DNA of 58,974 nt from Candidatus Omnitrophota bacterium (GCA_043821025.1 JBDRDF010000006.1:1-58974); one strand, 5' to 3'; positions 25,957-36,111 are shown, numbered from the stretch's first letter. The notes: generated by a model not told the origin, from the letters alone. Translations and numbers: made by a program.

Positions 25957-26403
25957 CTATTTTTTATAATATTTATCTATCGCTTTTTTAATATCCGTTG
26001 CTGTAGAAACAAATATCTGAATCGAAGAACCTGTTATAAGTTCGATGTCTTCGATCGCCTGCATATTTAATGGGTCTGCCATCGCGATCGTAACGGTATT
26101 GCCAATTTTATCGATCGGAATGAGGCAATACTGCCTTGCGACATTCTCTGGAATTAATTTAATCGCTCCTTCATCAATCTCATAATTTGAAAGCGGCAGG
26201 TACGGAAAGCCGTATTGTATAGTAATTGCTTGCGCTATTTGCTCTTCGGTAACATAACCTAGGCTTGCTAAAATCTGACCTAAAAGCCCGCCCTTCTCCT
26301 TCTGAATTTTTAATGCTTCGTCCAACTGGGCTTGTTTTATTATTCCTTTTTCGAGGAGCAGTTGCCCTATCGTCTTTGTTATTATACGGCGAGAAGGTAT
26401 CAT
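25957..26403 (-). CDS. Stand-alone GspE-N / MshEN-like domain protein
   Basis: 148 aa, homologous to the N-terminal domains of both PilBs. It carries two tandem 24-residue MshEN-like motifs (TIGQLLLEKGIIKQAQLDEALKIQ and LLGQILASLGYVTEEQIAQAITIQ). Confidence 0.75.
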   Translation of the reverse strand: MIPSRRIITKTIGQLLLEKGIIKQAQLDEALKIQKEKGGLLGQILASLGYVTEEQIAQAITIQYGFPYLPLSNYEIDEGAIKLIPENVARQYCLIPIDKIGNTVTIAMADPLNMQAIEDIELITGSSIQIFVSTATDIKKAIDKYYKK

Positions 26404-26410
26404 TTTGTCT

Positions 26411-27472
26411 CTATCTCTTAAATAATCTCTCCAGATCTTCCGGATCGGTGCTTCGTGATATCGCGTCTTCGTAGGTTATCAATTTATTCGAATACAACTC
26501 AAATAATGACTGATTCATCATCCTCATCCCTTCTTTTTGGCACGTCTGTATCACTGAATATAATTGGTGCGTCTTTGCCTCCCGAACGAGACTTCGGACA
26601 GCTGGATTCGCTATTAAAACCTCGCTGGCGAGAACCCTCCCACGACGACTTACTCTCGGGATTAACTGCTGGGATAATACGCCGAGCAAAACGAAAGAAA
26701 GCTGAATCCTTACCTGTTGTTGCTTATGTGCGGGAAAGACGTCGATTACGCGGTTTATAGTCTGAACGGCATCCGAGGTATGCAGCGTAGAAAGGACTAA
26801 ATGCCCGGTTTCAGCGATATTTAACGCTGCTTCGATCGTCTCGAGGTCGCGCATCTCGCCGATTAAAATTACATTTGGGTCCTGCCTTAAAACGTGCTTT
26901 AACGCATTCGCAAATGATTGGGTATCCGCGCCCACTTCTCGTTGTTCCACAAGCGCCTTTTGATTTTTATGCATATACTCTATCGGATCTTCGATTATTA
27001 CGATGTGGCAATTCCTCTCCGCATTTATCTTATCGACCATCGACGCTAAAGTCGTTGACTTTCCGCTTCCGGTAGCACCCGTAACTAACACTAACCCCTT
27101 TGGCCTTTTGCATAAATCGTTAACTACCCCTATCGGCAAACCGCATTCCTCAAAGGTCATAATGTGAACGGGAAGTAATCTTACTGCCGCCCCGACAACT
27201 CCCCTTTGTAAAAATACGTTCACCCTAAAACGTCCTAGTCCTTCTATTCCGAACGACATATCTAACTCAAACTCTCGCTCAAATCTTTCTATCTGCTGTG
27301 GTTTTAACATACTGTAGGCAAGCTTCTTTGAATCATCTGGCGTAAGAGGGGGGTATTCGGTCGGAACTAACTTTTCATCTATCCTTAAATGCGGCGATGT
27401 ATACGCAGAGATATGTAAATCTGACGCAATTTTTTGTACCATCAATTTTAAAAGTGTCTCAATCTGTACCAT
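26411..27472 (-). CDS. pilT: Twitching-motility retraction ATPase PilT
   Basis: 353 aa with GATGSGKST, LIGEMRD and STLHTSD. The PilT signature appears as AVRSLVRE plus GMRMMNQSL. Confidence 0.9.
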   Translation of the reverse strand: MVQIETLLKLMVQKIASDLHISAYTSPHLRIDEKLVPTEYPPLTPDDSKKLAYSMLKPQQIERFEREFELDMSFGIEGLGRFRVNVFLQRGVVGAAVRLLPVHIMTFEECGLPIGVVNDLCKRPKGLVLVTGATGSGKSTTLASMVDKINAERNCHIVIIEDPIEYMHKNQKALVEQREVGADTQSFANALKHVLRQDPNVILIGEMRDLETIEAALNIAETGHLVLSTLHTSDAVQTINRVIDVFPAHKQQQVRIQLSFVLLGVLSQQLIPRVSRRGRVLASEVLIANPAVRSLVREAKTHQLYSVIQTCQKEGMRMMNQSLFELYSNKLITYEDAISRSTDPEDLERLFKR

Positions 27473-27485
27473 ATTCCCTCCTTAT

Positions 27486-28919
27486 CTAAGAAGCGACTGT
27501 ATTCTTCCCGCGAAGTTTTGCTTCGCTTAAAGAAGCTTTGGCTTTTTTAATTAAGTCCTCGGCAATAGCGCCATCTATAGGATTTTCGCTTACTCCGCCA
27601 CTGACGGTAAGAAACTGCCTCGGATAGCCTTCTCCTCCGACTATGCCAAGCGCTTCGATACGTTGCCGTAACGCCTCGGCTATGGAGTTGGCTTGCCTTT
27701 TATTCTTTTCAGGGAGCACTACGGCAAATTCATCGCCGCTTAACCTTCCGACCCTGTCGATCTCTGTTACGTTGGCTTCTATGGTCTTGCCTATCTTCTC
27801 TATAGCTTCCTCCACTGCTAACTCACCATTTATATCGTGATATACCTTAAAATCATCTATATTAAAAATCATGAATGAACACGGCCGATGGTAAAGCACA
27901 GCTCGTCTTATCTCTTCTTCCAGGCGATTGCGGATGAACCTCTCATTATAGAGGCCTGTTAACTCATCCCTTATAGCTAACTCCCTCGCTCTCTTCGTTA
28001 GCGCTTCATTCTCTACGGCGATCGCAATTTGTTTAGAAAATAATTTTAAAAGCTCGATATTGTCTTCCCTATATTCATAATCGGGTAGAGCGTTGCCTAA
28101 GCATAAGATACCGATGATCTTTCCATGAGCGACAATTGGGGTTAAAGCACAGTTTTTAAGTTCAAACATCTCGAGAAATTCGCTGGAATCCTTAGTCGGT
28201 TTTGAACGCCTATCAAGGACCAATGCCTTAACATCCGAAACTACATTGCCAAGGAACCCAGCTCCCACTCTCAACTTGAGGGTCTTCAAGTCCTCTTTTT
28301 TTAAGTTATGATTGGCGTTCATAGTTAAACTATCTTTATCTTCGATCAACATCAAAAATGTAGTATTTACTTCGTCGATTTGAGCTAACTTATCGACAAT
28401 CACATTTAAAATATCGTCCAAAGGCGAGCCCTGAGAGATGAGGTTGCCGATTTGTAGCAAATTTGATAGAACCAATACCTTTCTGCTTATCTCCATATTA
28501 ATCTCTCTCGTGCGCTCGCCATAAGAGTTAAGTTCATCCATATTCTCCCTTATTCGCCGACTTAAGATATTCAAAGTAGCGCCCAACTCGCCAATTTCAT
28601 CTTCGCCACGGACTTCTATCTCGCGGGACAAATCACCTCTTGCGATGACCTTGGCTTTAATGGTGATATCGACGATGGGCACCACGATATCCCTGGCGAT
28701 TTTAAAGCCGAGCATTGAAATTATGATAGTAATGGCAATTACGATAGATGTATCCAAAATAGATACATCCAAAATTGAAGTCGCATTCCGAAAGATATAA
28801 TTTGTGGCGAGATAGACGCAAATAAGAAGCGGAATTATTGACATGAGGACAAAAGCAACCATTAATTTATAACGAAGTCCAGCAGGAACGAGTGACAGTT
28901 TCTTAAAAAAACCTGCCAT
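27486..28919 (-). CDS. Membrane HAMP-GAF-GGDEF protein (divergent diguanylate-cyclase domain)
   Basis: Two TM helices, a HAMP domain (GDLSREIEVRGEDEIGELG) and a GAF-like middle region. The GGDEF domain carries DELTGLYN and SGDEF (27726..27740). Confidence 0.8.
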   Translation of the reverse strand: MAGFFKKLSLVPAGLRYKLMVAFVLMSIIPLLICVYLATNYIFRNATSILDVSILDTSIVIAITIIISMLGFKIARDIVVPIVDITIKAKVIARGDLSREIEVRGEDEIGELGATLNILSRRIRENMDELNSYGERTREINMEISRKVLVLSNLLQIGNLISQGSPLDDILNVIVDKLAQIDEVNTTFLMLIEDKDSLTMNANHNLKKEDLKTLKLRVGAGFLGNVVSDVKALVLDRRSKPTKDSSEFLEMFELKNCALTPIVAHGKIIGILCLGNALPDYEYREDNIELLKLFSKQIAIAVENEALTKRARELAIRDELTGLYNERFIRNRLEEEIRRAVLYHRPCSFMIFNIDDFKVYHDINGELAVEEAIEKIGKTIEANVTEIDRVGRLSGDEFAVVLPEKNKRQANSIAEALRQRIEALGIVGGEGYPRQFLTVSGGVSENPIDGAIAEDLIKKAKASLSEAKLRGKNTVAS

Positions 28920-28951
28920 CTAAATCATCTCCCTTCCGTCTTTTATTAAGA

Positions 28952-28980
28952 AGTATACACTTAACCTAAATATGTGTCAA
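28952..28980 (-). promoter_or_regulatory. Sigma70-type promoter at the head of the pilus operon
   Basis: TTGACA (28980..28975), 17 nt, TATACT (28957..28952). It sits 7 nt after the radical SAM stop. Confidence 0.6.
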
Positions 28981-28986
28981 ACATAA

Positions 28987-30621
28987 TTATTTCACCTCAA
29001 TAAATTCCCATGGCAGTGCCTCTTCTAATGCGCGTTCTCTCAATGCATAATAATCGGGTTCTACGCCTGATTCTTTAAACGCCTTCATCCAATTATCGTA
29101 ATTAAAATGATCGCTCCAGCCGTCAAATTTGCAACCCATTTTCCAAGCGTTGTAAATACAAGCACATAACTTCTTGTCTCCGCGCGAAAGGGCTGCTTCG
29201 ATATAGTTCATTTTGGCGTCGTGAAAACTAAAGTTGATCCTCGACCTGAACGACCTCTCCCTTATATATCTCTGTCTTTTTTTAATCTCTTCTATCGAGA
29301 GCATCGCAACGCGCTCAAATTGCGTATGTGGTTTTGGAACGAAAACGGATACGGAAGCATTTATATTTGCGGCTCTTCCGTCAATTTTAATTTTAACCTC
29401 GGATATCTCCTTTGCCAAATTCACTATCGCGTCCAAATCGTTATAGTCCTCCTGTGGCAGTCCAATCATAAAATATAATTTAATCTTACGCCAGCCGTTC
29501 TTAAATGCCTGATAAGCACACTCCTTCAATGCCTCCAAGGATATATCCTTGTTTATCATCTTCCTCATCTTTTCGCTGCCGACCTCCGGCGCAAATGTAA
29601 GTGTAGTGCGCCTGCCAGATGTAATTTCTAACGGAAACCTTGTAATTGAATCCTCCGCCCTAAGCGAGGGCAACGAGATACTAATGCCTTTATCTTTGAA
29701 AATATCCTTTAACGAAGAAACGATCTCCATAATTCGCGAATGGTCGCCGGATGAAAGTGAAATCAACGAGACCTCATCGTACCCCGTATTCCCATAAAGT
29801 ACTTTTGTAAGGGATATAAGTTTTTCTACAGAACGTTCCCTATTAGGTCCATAAATTACTCCTGCCTGACAAAATCTACATCTCCTTCGGCAACCACGCA
29901 TAACCTCCAACTGCATCCTGTCGTGAACTATTTCAATGTATGGGACGACAGGCCTAACCGGATAAGGCGCTTCATCTAAATTTAAAACCGTTCGCTTTTT
30001 AACTTTCGAAGGAAAGGCTGGGACATAAATTCCCCCTAAATTAGCAAGCCGCTGTAATAGTTCATTTTTGCCCCTGCCATCTTTCCTGTTTTCTATAAAA
30101 ATATCGACTATTTCTAAAATAGCCTCCTCCGCATCGCCGATTACAAAACAATCAAAAAAATCTGCCATCGGTTCAGGATTGAATGCGCATGGGCCTCCGC
30201 CGATAATTAAGGGATGCGACTCATTACGTTGGTTCGAAAAAACAGGGATGCCCGCAAGGTCAAGCATATTTAATACATTCGTGTAACCCAATTCGTATTG
30301 GAGCGAGAAACCGACTATATCGAATTCTTTAAGCGGCCTCTTTGTCTCCAACGTAAATAAAGGAATTTGTTTCTCTCTCATTATATTTTCCATATCATGC
30401 CAAGGCGCAAAGGCCCGCTCGCACGCTACATCTTCCCTTTCGTTCAAGATAGAGTACAAAATCTTTAAGCCTAAATGGCTCATTCCAATATCATAGACAT
30501 CCGGAAAACAGAGCGCCACTTTGCACTCAATGGCTTTCTCATTTTTTATAACGCTATTTAATTCTCCGCCAATATATCTTGCGGGCCTGGTAACTTTTAG
30601 CAAAATATCTTCTGTTAACAT
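28987..30621 (-). CDS. B12-binding-domain radical SAM protein (TIGR03960-like)
   Basis: CRRRCRFCQ is a CxxxCxxC motif. The N-terminus KVTRPARYIGGELN is typical. I chose the ATG at 30621 (TAATG overlap with the rodA stop) rather than the ORF-track start at 30747. Confidence 0.8.
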   Translation of the reverse strand: MLTEDILLKVTRPARYIGGELNSVIKNEKAIECKVALCFPDVYDIGMSHLGLKILYSILNEREDVACERAFAPWHDMENIMREKQIPLFTLETKRPLKEFDIVGFSLQYELGYTNVLNMLDLAGIPVFSNQRNESHPLIIGGGPCAFNPEPMADFFDCFVIGDAEEAILEIVDIFIENRKDGRGKNELLQRLANLGGIYVPAFPSKVKKRTVLNLDEAPYPVRPVVPYIEIVHDRMQLEVMRGCRRRCRFCQAGVIYGPNRERSVEKLISLTKVLYGNTGYDEVSLISLSSGDHSRIMEIVSSLKDIFKDKGISISLPSLRAEDSITRFPLEITSGRRTTLTFAPEVGSEKMRKMINKDISLEALKECAYQAFKNGWRKIKLYFMIGLPQEDYNDLDAIVNLAKEISEVKIKIDGRAANINASVSVFVPKPHTQFERVAMLSIEEIKKRQRYIRERSFRSRINFSFHDAKMNYIEAALSRGDKKLCACIYNAWKMGCKFDGWSDHFNYDNWMKAFKESGVEPDYYALRERALEEALPWEFIEVK

Positions 30622-31721
30622 TAAAATACCTTTCGCTTGAATTTTATATTTTCTAAAATTCCAACGGAAACTAAAGATGATATCAGAAAAGAACCACCGT
30701 AAGTTAGGAAAGGCAGCGGAAGTCCAACCACCGGCATAAGCCCGCATACCATCCCGATATTTACTATTATATGCACTGCAAATATAGTCACTATCCCATA
30801 AGCTAGGGATTTACCGTAAATATCGCTTGTCGTATCTGCGATGAGTATCCCTCTATTTAAAAATTTATAATATAGCCCTAAAAGAAAAGCACATCCGATG
30901 AATCCCCATTCCTCGCCCACGACGGAGAAGATGAAATCGGTATGGCGCTCAGGCAAGAAATTCAATTGATTTTGAGTTCCGCTCAACCAACCCTTTCCGA
31001 ATAAACCGCCAGAACCTATTGCTATCTTTGATTGGATGATAGTATAGCCCGCACCTAATGGGTCTAAATTTGGATTTAAAAAGACTAAAAGCCTCGCCTT
31101 TTGATAATCTTTAAGGAATAGCCAAATAAAAGGAACACAAACAAGCCCCATTGCTAACAGCTGTAAAATATGTTTAATCCTCGCACCGCCGATTAAAAGC
31201 ATCACGAACAAAATTGGAATAAATATCAAAGCCGTCCCTAAATCGGGCTCCTTAAATATCAACGATATAGGAACCGCTGCCATAATCAAAGGAATGACAA
31301 GCGCCCTTGGTTTAACTATATTACCTTTAACGTCGCCTAAGTATTTGGCAAGCGCCAATACAAACGTAATCTTAGCGAACTCTGACGGCTGAAAAGCGAA
31401 CGAGCCAAATTCGAGCCATCTTCTCGCCCCATATCTTACATCGCCGATTATCAGTACTAAAACCAAAAGCAATATATTTAAAATAAAAAGATGATATCCG
31501 AAATCGATTAACCTCTGATAACCGATCTTAAAGAATATAATGGCGAGCACTGCACCTAATACGGTCCACTGCAATTGTCTTAATGGAAGATTTATATGGG
31601 CGAGGATATACTTCTGATATGATGCGCTGTAGAGGAAGAAGAACCCCATTATTAGAATGATGAGCACAATTAATATAAGACCGTAATCGAATTCACCTTT
31701 CAATTTCAGATACGATTTCAT
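30621..31721 (-). CDS. rodA: Rod-shape SEDS glycosyltransferase RodA
   Basis: 366-aa FtsW/RodA/SpoVE-family protein downstream of mrdA. Confidence 0.9.
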   Translation of the reverse strand: MKSYLKLKGEFDYGLILIVLIILIMGFFFLYSASYQKYILAHINLPLRQLQWTVLGAVLAIIFFKIGYQRLIDFGYHLFILNILLLVLVLIIGDVRYGARRWLEFGSFAFQPSEFAKITFVLALAKYLGDVKGNIVKPRALVIPLIMAAVPISLIFKEPDLGTALIFIPILFVMLLIGGARIKHILQLLAMGLVCVPFIWLFLKDYQKARLLVFLNPNLDPLGAGYTIIQSKIAIGSGGLFGKGWLSGTQNQLNFLPERHTDFIFSVVGEEWGFIGCAFLLGLYYKFLNRGILIADTTSDIYGKSLAYGIVTIFAVHIIVNIGMVCGLMPVVGLPLPFLTYGGSFLISSLVSVGILENIKFKRKVF

Positions 31722-31722
31722 T

Positions 31723-33453
31723 TTAACCGTCTTTCAAAATATCCGTGTTGTTTCTAACGAACTCCAAAATTTGCTTTGCTAACTCTGCTGCGACAAGCCC
31801 TCCCTTCCCGCCGTGTTCAACTAAAATAACGAAAGCGATCTTTGGATTATCAGCAGGCGCATAACCTATAAACCAGGCGTGGGCTTCGCCCTGGGGATTT
31901 TGAGCCGTTCCAGTTTTAGCCGCGAACTTAAGGCCCTCGACTCTCGCCCTTTGTCCAGTACCCGTATCCGAATCTACGACTTGCCTTAAAGCCTGCTTTA
32001 TTATATTGAAAGCATCTTTTGAAATATTTATCGTCCTTGGCTTGGGCGCAATAATCTCTAAGTCACCTAATTTTTTAATAAGGTGCGGGCGAGGAATATT
32101 TCCTTCCGTCGCAAAAATTGAAATCACTTCAGTCATCTGTAAGGGCGTGACAGAAAGATAACCTTGTCCGATCGAATAATTAACGGTCTCCCCCTCATAC
32201 CAATTTTCGCCCTTGGCTGTCTTTTTCCACCAAACTGTGGGAACGAAGCCCTTGCCCTCTCCAGCTAAATCAATTCCGCTTGGCCTGCCTAATCCAAGTT
32301 TATGTGCATATTCGGCTAAAATATCCGGACCTAACTTGCGACCTAAATTATAAAAGTAAATGTTACAGGAATGTATAAGCCCTTCCCGCAAATTCTGTGG
32401 CCCATGCCCTTCCCCTCTCCAACAGTCAAATTCGATATTTCCCACCCAAAATTTCCCACCGCAATTAAATGTAGTATTTTCGTTTATCTTTTTAGTTTCG
32501 AGCCCTGCCAGGGCGATTATTATTTTAAATGTTGAGCCCGGTGGATACTGTCCATTTATCGCCCGATTGATCATCGGATGTGCGCCCGACCTCAAAAGGC
32601 CCATTGCTGCTTCGTTCTTATTTGGCTCTATAAAAATATTCGGATCATATGGCGGGGACGAAGACATCGCCAAAATCTCTCCGTTATTTGGATTCATCAC
32701 AACTATCGCTCCCTTTCTACCAGCCAAACATTCAGAAACGTAGGACTGCAACTTAGCATCTATGGTCAATGTAATATCCTTGCCTTTTTTCGGGGTTTTA
32801 GTGCCAAGTGTTTTTACAAGTCTGCCGATCGCATCGACTTCAAGCTGCATTCCGCCGCCCTCTCCTTTTAAATACCTATCGTATATACGCTCAACTCCGG
32901 AGCGCCCGACCAAATCCCTGACCGAATAACCATAATCTCTAAGGCGCTCTAATTCTTCCTTATTAATCAGGCTTAGATATCCTGTGATATGAGATGCCCT
33001 TTCATTATATATGTACCATCTCAAAGCCTTAGGCCGAACTAAAACTCCGGGTATATCTTGCTTCATCTCTTCCAAAACGAATGCCGTCTCTTTATCTATA
33101 TCTCTGGCTATCGTAATCGGAGCAAATGGCGCTTGATATTCTTGCCTCACAATCGCTTCTATATTTTCCTTCGGGGTGCCAATGACTTTGGCTATGCGAG
33201 CGAATGTTTTATCTTCATCTTTTATCTCCTGCGGAAAAACGATCACGTCGAATGAAAGCCGATTATCCACTATGGGAATACCATTCCTATCATAAATCGT
33301 CCCGCGCAAGCCATCCAATGGAACCAACCTTATATGGTTCTTTTGGGATAACACCTGATACAATGGCCATCTTATTATCTGCAAATAAAATATGCCGAAG
33401 AAAAGGATAAAAAAACAAATAGAAATTACCGTTAAATAAATTCTGCCTCTCAT
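31723..33453 (-). CDS. mrdA: Penicillin-binding protein 2 (elongasome transpeptidase)
   Basis: STFK, SCN and KTGT motifs. It lies between mreD and rodA. Confidence 0.9.
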   Translation of the reverse strand: MRGRIYLTVISICFFILFFGIFYLQIIRWPLYQVLSQKNHIRLVPLDGLRGTIYDRNGIPIVDNRLSFDVIVFPQEIKDEDKTFARIAKVIGTPKENIEAIVRQEYQAPFAPITIARDIDKETAFVLEEMKQDIPGVLVRPKALRWYIYNERASHITGYLSLINKEELERLRDYGYSVRDLVGRSGVERIYDRYLKGEGGGMQLEVDAIGRLVKTLGTKTPKKGKDITLTIDAKLQSYVSECLAGRKGAIVVMNPNNGEILAMSSSPPYDPNIFIEPNKNEAAMGLLRSGAHPMINRAINGQYPPGSTFKIIIALAGLETKKINENTTFNCGGKFWVGNIEFDCWRGEGHGPQNLREGLIHSCNIYFYNLGRKLGPDILAEYAHKLGLGRPSGIDLAGEGKGFVPTVWWKKTAKGENWYEGETVNYSIGQGYLSVTPLQMTEVISIFATEGNIPRPHLIKKLGDLEIIAPKPRTINISKDAFNIIKQALRQVVDSDTGTGQRARVEGLKFAAKTGTAQNPQGEAHAWFIGYAPADNPKIAFVILVEHGGKGGLVAAELAKQILEFVRNNTDILKDG

Positions 33454-33462
33454 GACTTACTC

Positions 33463-33993
33463 TTATTCGGGGCGGCCCCCTTCAAAAACCCGCTTCTTAA
33501 ATATTATCTCTTTATATTCTATCTGCCTTGGCGGTAATAAGAATTCTAGCAGGATGAATACTAACGGCGCTAAAGCTGAGGTGTATATCACCGATGGGAG
33601 GGAGATGAAAAATAGCGCTTTATGATACGGCAAGCCCAAAGTGGAGATTAAAAGGTTATAAAGTAAGGCCTGATACGTAACAGTTATAAATGATAAAATC
33701 GCTTGCGCTAATGGCAATTCCTTATATACCGCTTCTTTGAAAAGGCCCGCAAAGAAACCTATCGAAATATAAATTATTAAGATTAGAGAATGGGTTCCAG
33801 AAAGCGCCATTTTTAAAATTCCGCCTATTAAACCACAAAGCGCTCCAGTCTCTTTCGTCGTATTAAGTCCGAAATATAAAATCCCAAGTAATAAAAACTC
33901 GGGACTTACACCGCATAATTTAATGTAATTGCAACTTGCGGCTTCAAAAACGGAAATGAAAATGAGCGTTATAAAAATAGAAAGCCAGCTCAT
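33463..33993 (-). CDS. mreD: Rod shape-determining protein MreD
   Basis: 176-aa polytopic protein directly after mreC. Confidence 0.75.
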   Translation of the reverse strand: MSWLSIFITLIFISVFEAASCNYIKLCGVSPEFLLLGILYFGLNTTKETGALCGLIGGILKMALSGTHSLILIIYISIGFFAGLFKEAVYKELPLAQAILSFITVTYQALLYNLLISTLGLPYHKALFFISLPSVIYTSALAPLVFILLEFLLPPRQIEYKEIIFKKRVFEGGRPE

Positions 33994-34769
33994 TCTATTA
34001 CCATTACCTCCTCTATTGCCATCGGATTTGCTGCTGGTTCAATCAACGCGAATTGATATAGCCCGTTCGGCTCCATCTTCACATCCAAAACCGTACCGAT
34101 TAAAAAGCCCTTCGGATAAATCCCGCTTAAGCCAGATGATACAACTAAATCGTTGGCCTTCACATCTGCATCTTTAGGGATGAATTTCATAATTGAGCGG
34201 CCTCTAGCAATTCCATAGATTAAACCGCTTGCCCTAGTCCTCTGTGAAATTGCGGCAACTCTTATCTCAGGATCGGTAATCAATGAAACTCTTGTGCTTG
34301 ATATTCCTACCGCTGTGATTTTTCCGATGAGCGCACCGTTGGCAAATACCGCCGTATCTGTGCGCAATCCATCGTTCGAACCTTTATCGATGATTAAACC
34401 TTCGGTCCAATTGGAGGAATGCCTGCCTATCACCCTACAAACTATTGAACGGCTGGGCAATTTATCCTTTATAGCGAGGATCTCTTTTAGCCTTTTATTC
34501 TCTGCTAATGCTTCGTTTAAAGTGGCGAGTTTAGATTTTAGGTCTGTTACTTCGCGCTTTAGTCGTAAGTTCTCGCCAGCGATGCTCTTGAAGTGTAGAA
34601 GTTCGTAGCCGGTTTTAAAAATGGCTGAAATTATTTTGGTGGGAATTTTAATTAAGGTATATAGCCCTAAAGTTACTCTATTCGATGCGGCTTGAAACGC
34701 GATAAAAAAAATTATGATTAGGGAGATCGCAACGACAAGGAATAATGGCTTGCTTTGAATTCTTTTCAC
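33990..34769 (-). CDS. mreC: Rod shape-determining protein MreC
   Basis: N-terminal TM helix, coiled coil and beta-barrel domains. It overlaps mreB and mreD. Confidence 0.85.
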   Translation of the reverse strand: MKRIQSKPLFLVVAISLIIIFFIAFQAASNRVTLGLYTLIKIPTKIISAIFKTGYELLHFKSIAGENLRLKREVTDLKSKLATLNEALAENKRLKEILAIKDKLPSRSIVCRVIGRHSSNWTEGLIIDKGSNDGLRTDTAVFANGALIGKITAVGISSTRVSLITDPEIRVAAISQRTRASGLIYGIARGRSIMKFIPKDADVKANDLVVSSGLSGIYPKGFLIGTVLDVKMEPNGLYQFALIEPAANPMAIEEVMVIE

Positions 34770-35860
34770 ATCGAATATTGAGATTCAGGGATCTTTGCAG
34801 CGGTTGTTACCGTTACTTTCTTTAGGTATCTTATCTCGCTTAAGACCTTCCCTGTGCCCAATGCCACAGCGGTTATCGGGTCGTCAGCGATATGAACCGG
34901 AAGGCCGGTCTGTTCTGAAAGGAGTTTGTCAATCCCTCTTAACAATGCGCCGCCGCCAGCTAATACTAGTCCGCGTTCTATCAAATCAGCTGATAATTCT
35001 GGGGGCGTTCGCTCAAGGGTAATCCTCACCGCTTCAACTATTGCAGCGATTGGCTCAGCGAGCGCTTCTCTGACTTCCTCTGAAGATATAGTAACTGTCT
35101 TGGGTAAACCGGCAACCAGATCTCGTCCGCGTACTTCCGTCGTCAACTCCTCTTCCAACGGATAAGCTGAGCCGATCTTTATCTTTATCTCCTCTGCGGT
35201 GCGTTCTCCGATCATCAAGTTATATGTCTTCTTCAGGTGTTGAATTATCGCGTCGTCCATCTCATCTCCGCCGATGCGTATGGATTTGGAAAATACTATA
35301 TCCGCCAATGAAATCACCGCCATTTCCGTAGTACCACCGCCTATATCAATTATCATATTACCTGCCGGCTCTTGAATCGGCAGCCCTACCCCAATAGCGG
35401 CGGCTATCGGCTCTTCAACCAGATAGACTTCTCGAGCACCCGCACGCTCTGCTGAATCTTTAACCGCTCGCTTTTCAACTTCGGTAATTCCCGACGGAAT
35501 CGCAATCACCATTCGGGGTCTAACTAAAACCTTTCTATTATGAACCTTCTTAATGAAATAACGAAGCATCGATTCAGTTATTTCAAAATCGGCGATTACG
35601 CCGTCCTTCATCGGTCTGATTGCGACGATAGAGCCAGGGGTTCGGCCGAGCATTCGCTTTGCTTCTTCGCCGACGGCCAGGACATTGTTTGTCCCTTTTT
35701 GGATTGCAACTACCGATGGCTCGCAAAGGACAATGCCCTCGCCTTTGACGTACACAAGCGTGCTTGCGGTCCCCAAATCGATGCCCATATCATTGGAAAA
35801 CATACCAGAAATATAATTAAGGCCCTTCCTTAAGATATCGAATCGCTTCTTCATAATCAT
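34766..35860 (-). CDS. mreB: Actin homolog MreB
   Basis: [13 protein letters not shown] and [14 protein letters not shown] are canonical actin-fold motifs. Confidence 0.95.
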   Translation of the reverse strand: MIMKKRFDILRKGLNYISGMFSNDMGIDLGTASTLVYVKGEGIVLCEPSVVAIQKGTNNVLAVGEEAKRMLGRTPGSIVAIRPMKDGVIADFEITESMLRYFIKKVHNRKVLVRPRMVIAIPSGITEVEKRAVKDSAERAGAREVYLVEEPIAAAIGVGLPIQEPAGNMIIDIGGGTTEMAVISLADIVFSKSIRIGGDEMDDAIIQHLKKTYNLMIGERTAEEIKIKIGSAYPLEEELTTEVRGRDLVAGLPKTVTISSEEVREALAEPIAAIVEAVRITLERTPPELSADLIERGLVLAGGGALLRGIDKLLSEQTGLPVHIADDPITAVALGTGKVLSEIRYLKKVTVTTAAKIPESQYSM

Positions 35861-35878
35861 TCCTCCGGATAAAGTAAA

Positions 35879-35907
35879 AGCATAACAAAACCCCGCCTAA
35901 AAGTCAA
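35879..35907 (-). promoter_or_regulatory. Putative sigma70-type promoter of the mre operon
   Basis: TTGACT (35907..35902), 17 nt, TATGCT (35884..35879). Confidence 0.4.
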
Positions 35908-35928
35908 CGGTAAATAATAATTCTTACC

Positions 35929-36067
35929 GTTCCGATATCTCCCGCACCGCTCGATTTATCCCTGCGAGTCAAATCTCGCTCGGAGAACCTTCTCGCTCTG
36001 CCTTAAGGTTATATTCTGGGCAACCATGCCCGCTTGAATCTTCTACGTGCGGATGCGATATCGGAAC
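35929..36067 (-). repeat. Structured core repeat, copy C (inverted relative to A, B and D)
   Basis: The reverse complement aligns along the whole core of A and B. The closing stem is gttccgatatc (35929..35939) / gatatcggaac (36057..36067). Confidence 0.8.
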
Positions 36068-36111
36068 ATCCAGAATTAAATTGTCTACTTTGAAATTATA
36101 TATTTTGCATA

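Noticed and set aside
3483-28986. Calling the pilus/glycosylation block a mobile genomic island.
   Set aside because: I found no integrase, transposase, tRNA attachment site or flanking direct repeats. Only synteny and composition arguments remain, so it is reported as a possible insertion or rearrangement rather than a mobile element.
30622-30747. 42-codon N-terminal extension of the radical SAM ORF, overlapping the rodA 3' end.
   Set aside because: The extension overlaps the conserved RodA C-terminus in another frame. The ATG at 30621 gives the family-typical N-terminus (KVTRPARYIGGELN) and a TAATG stop-start overlap.
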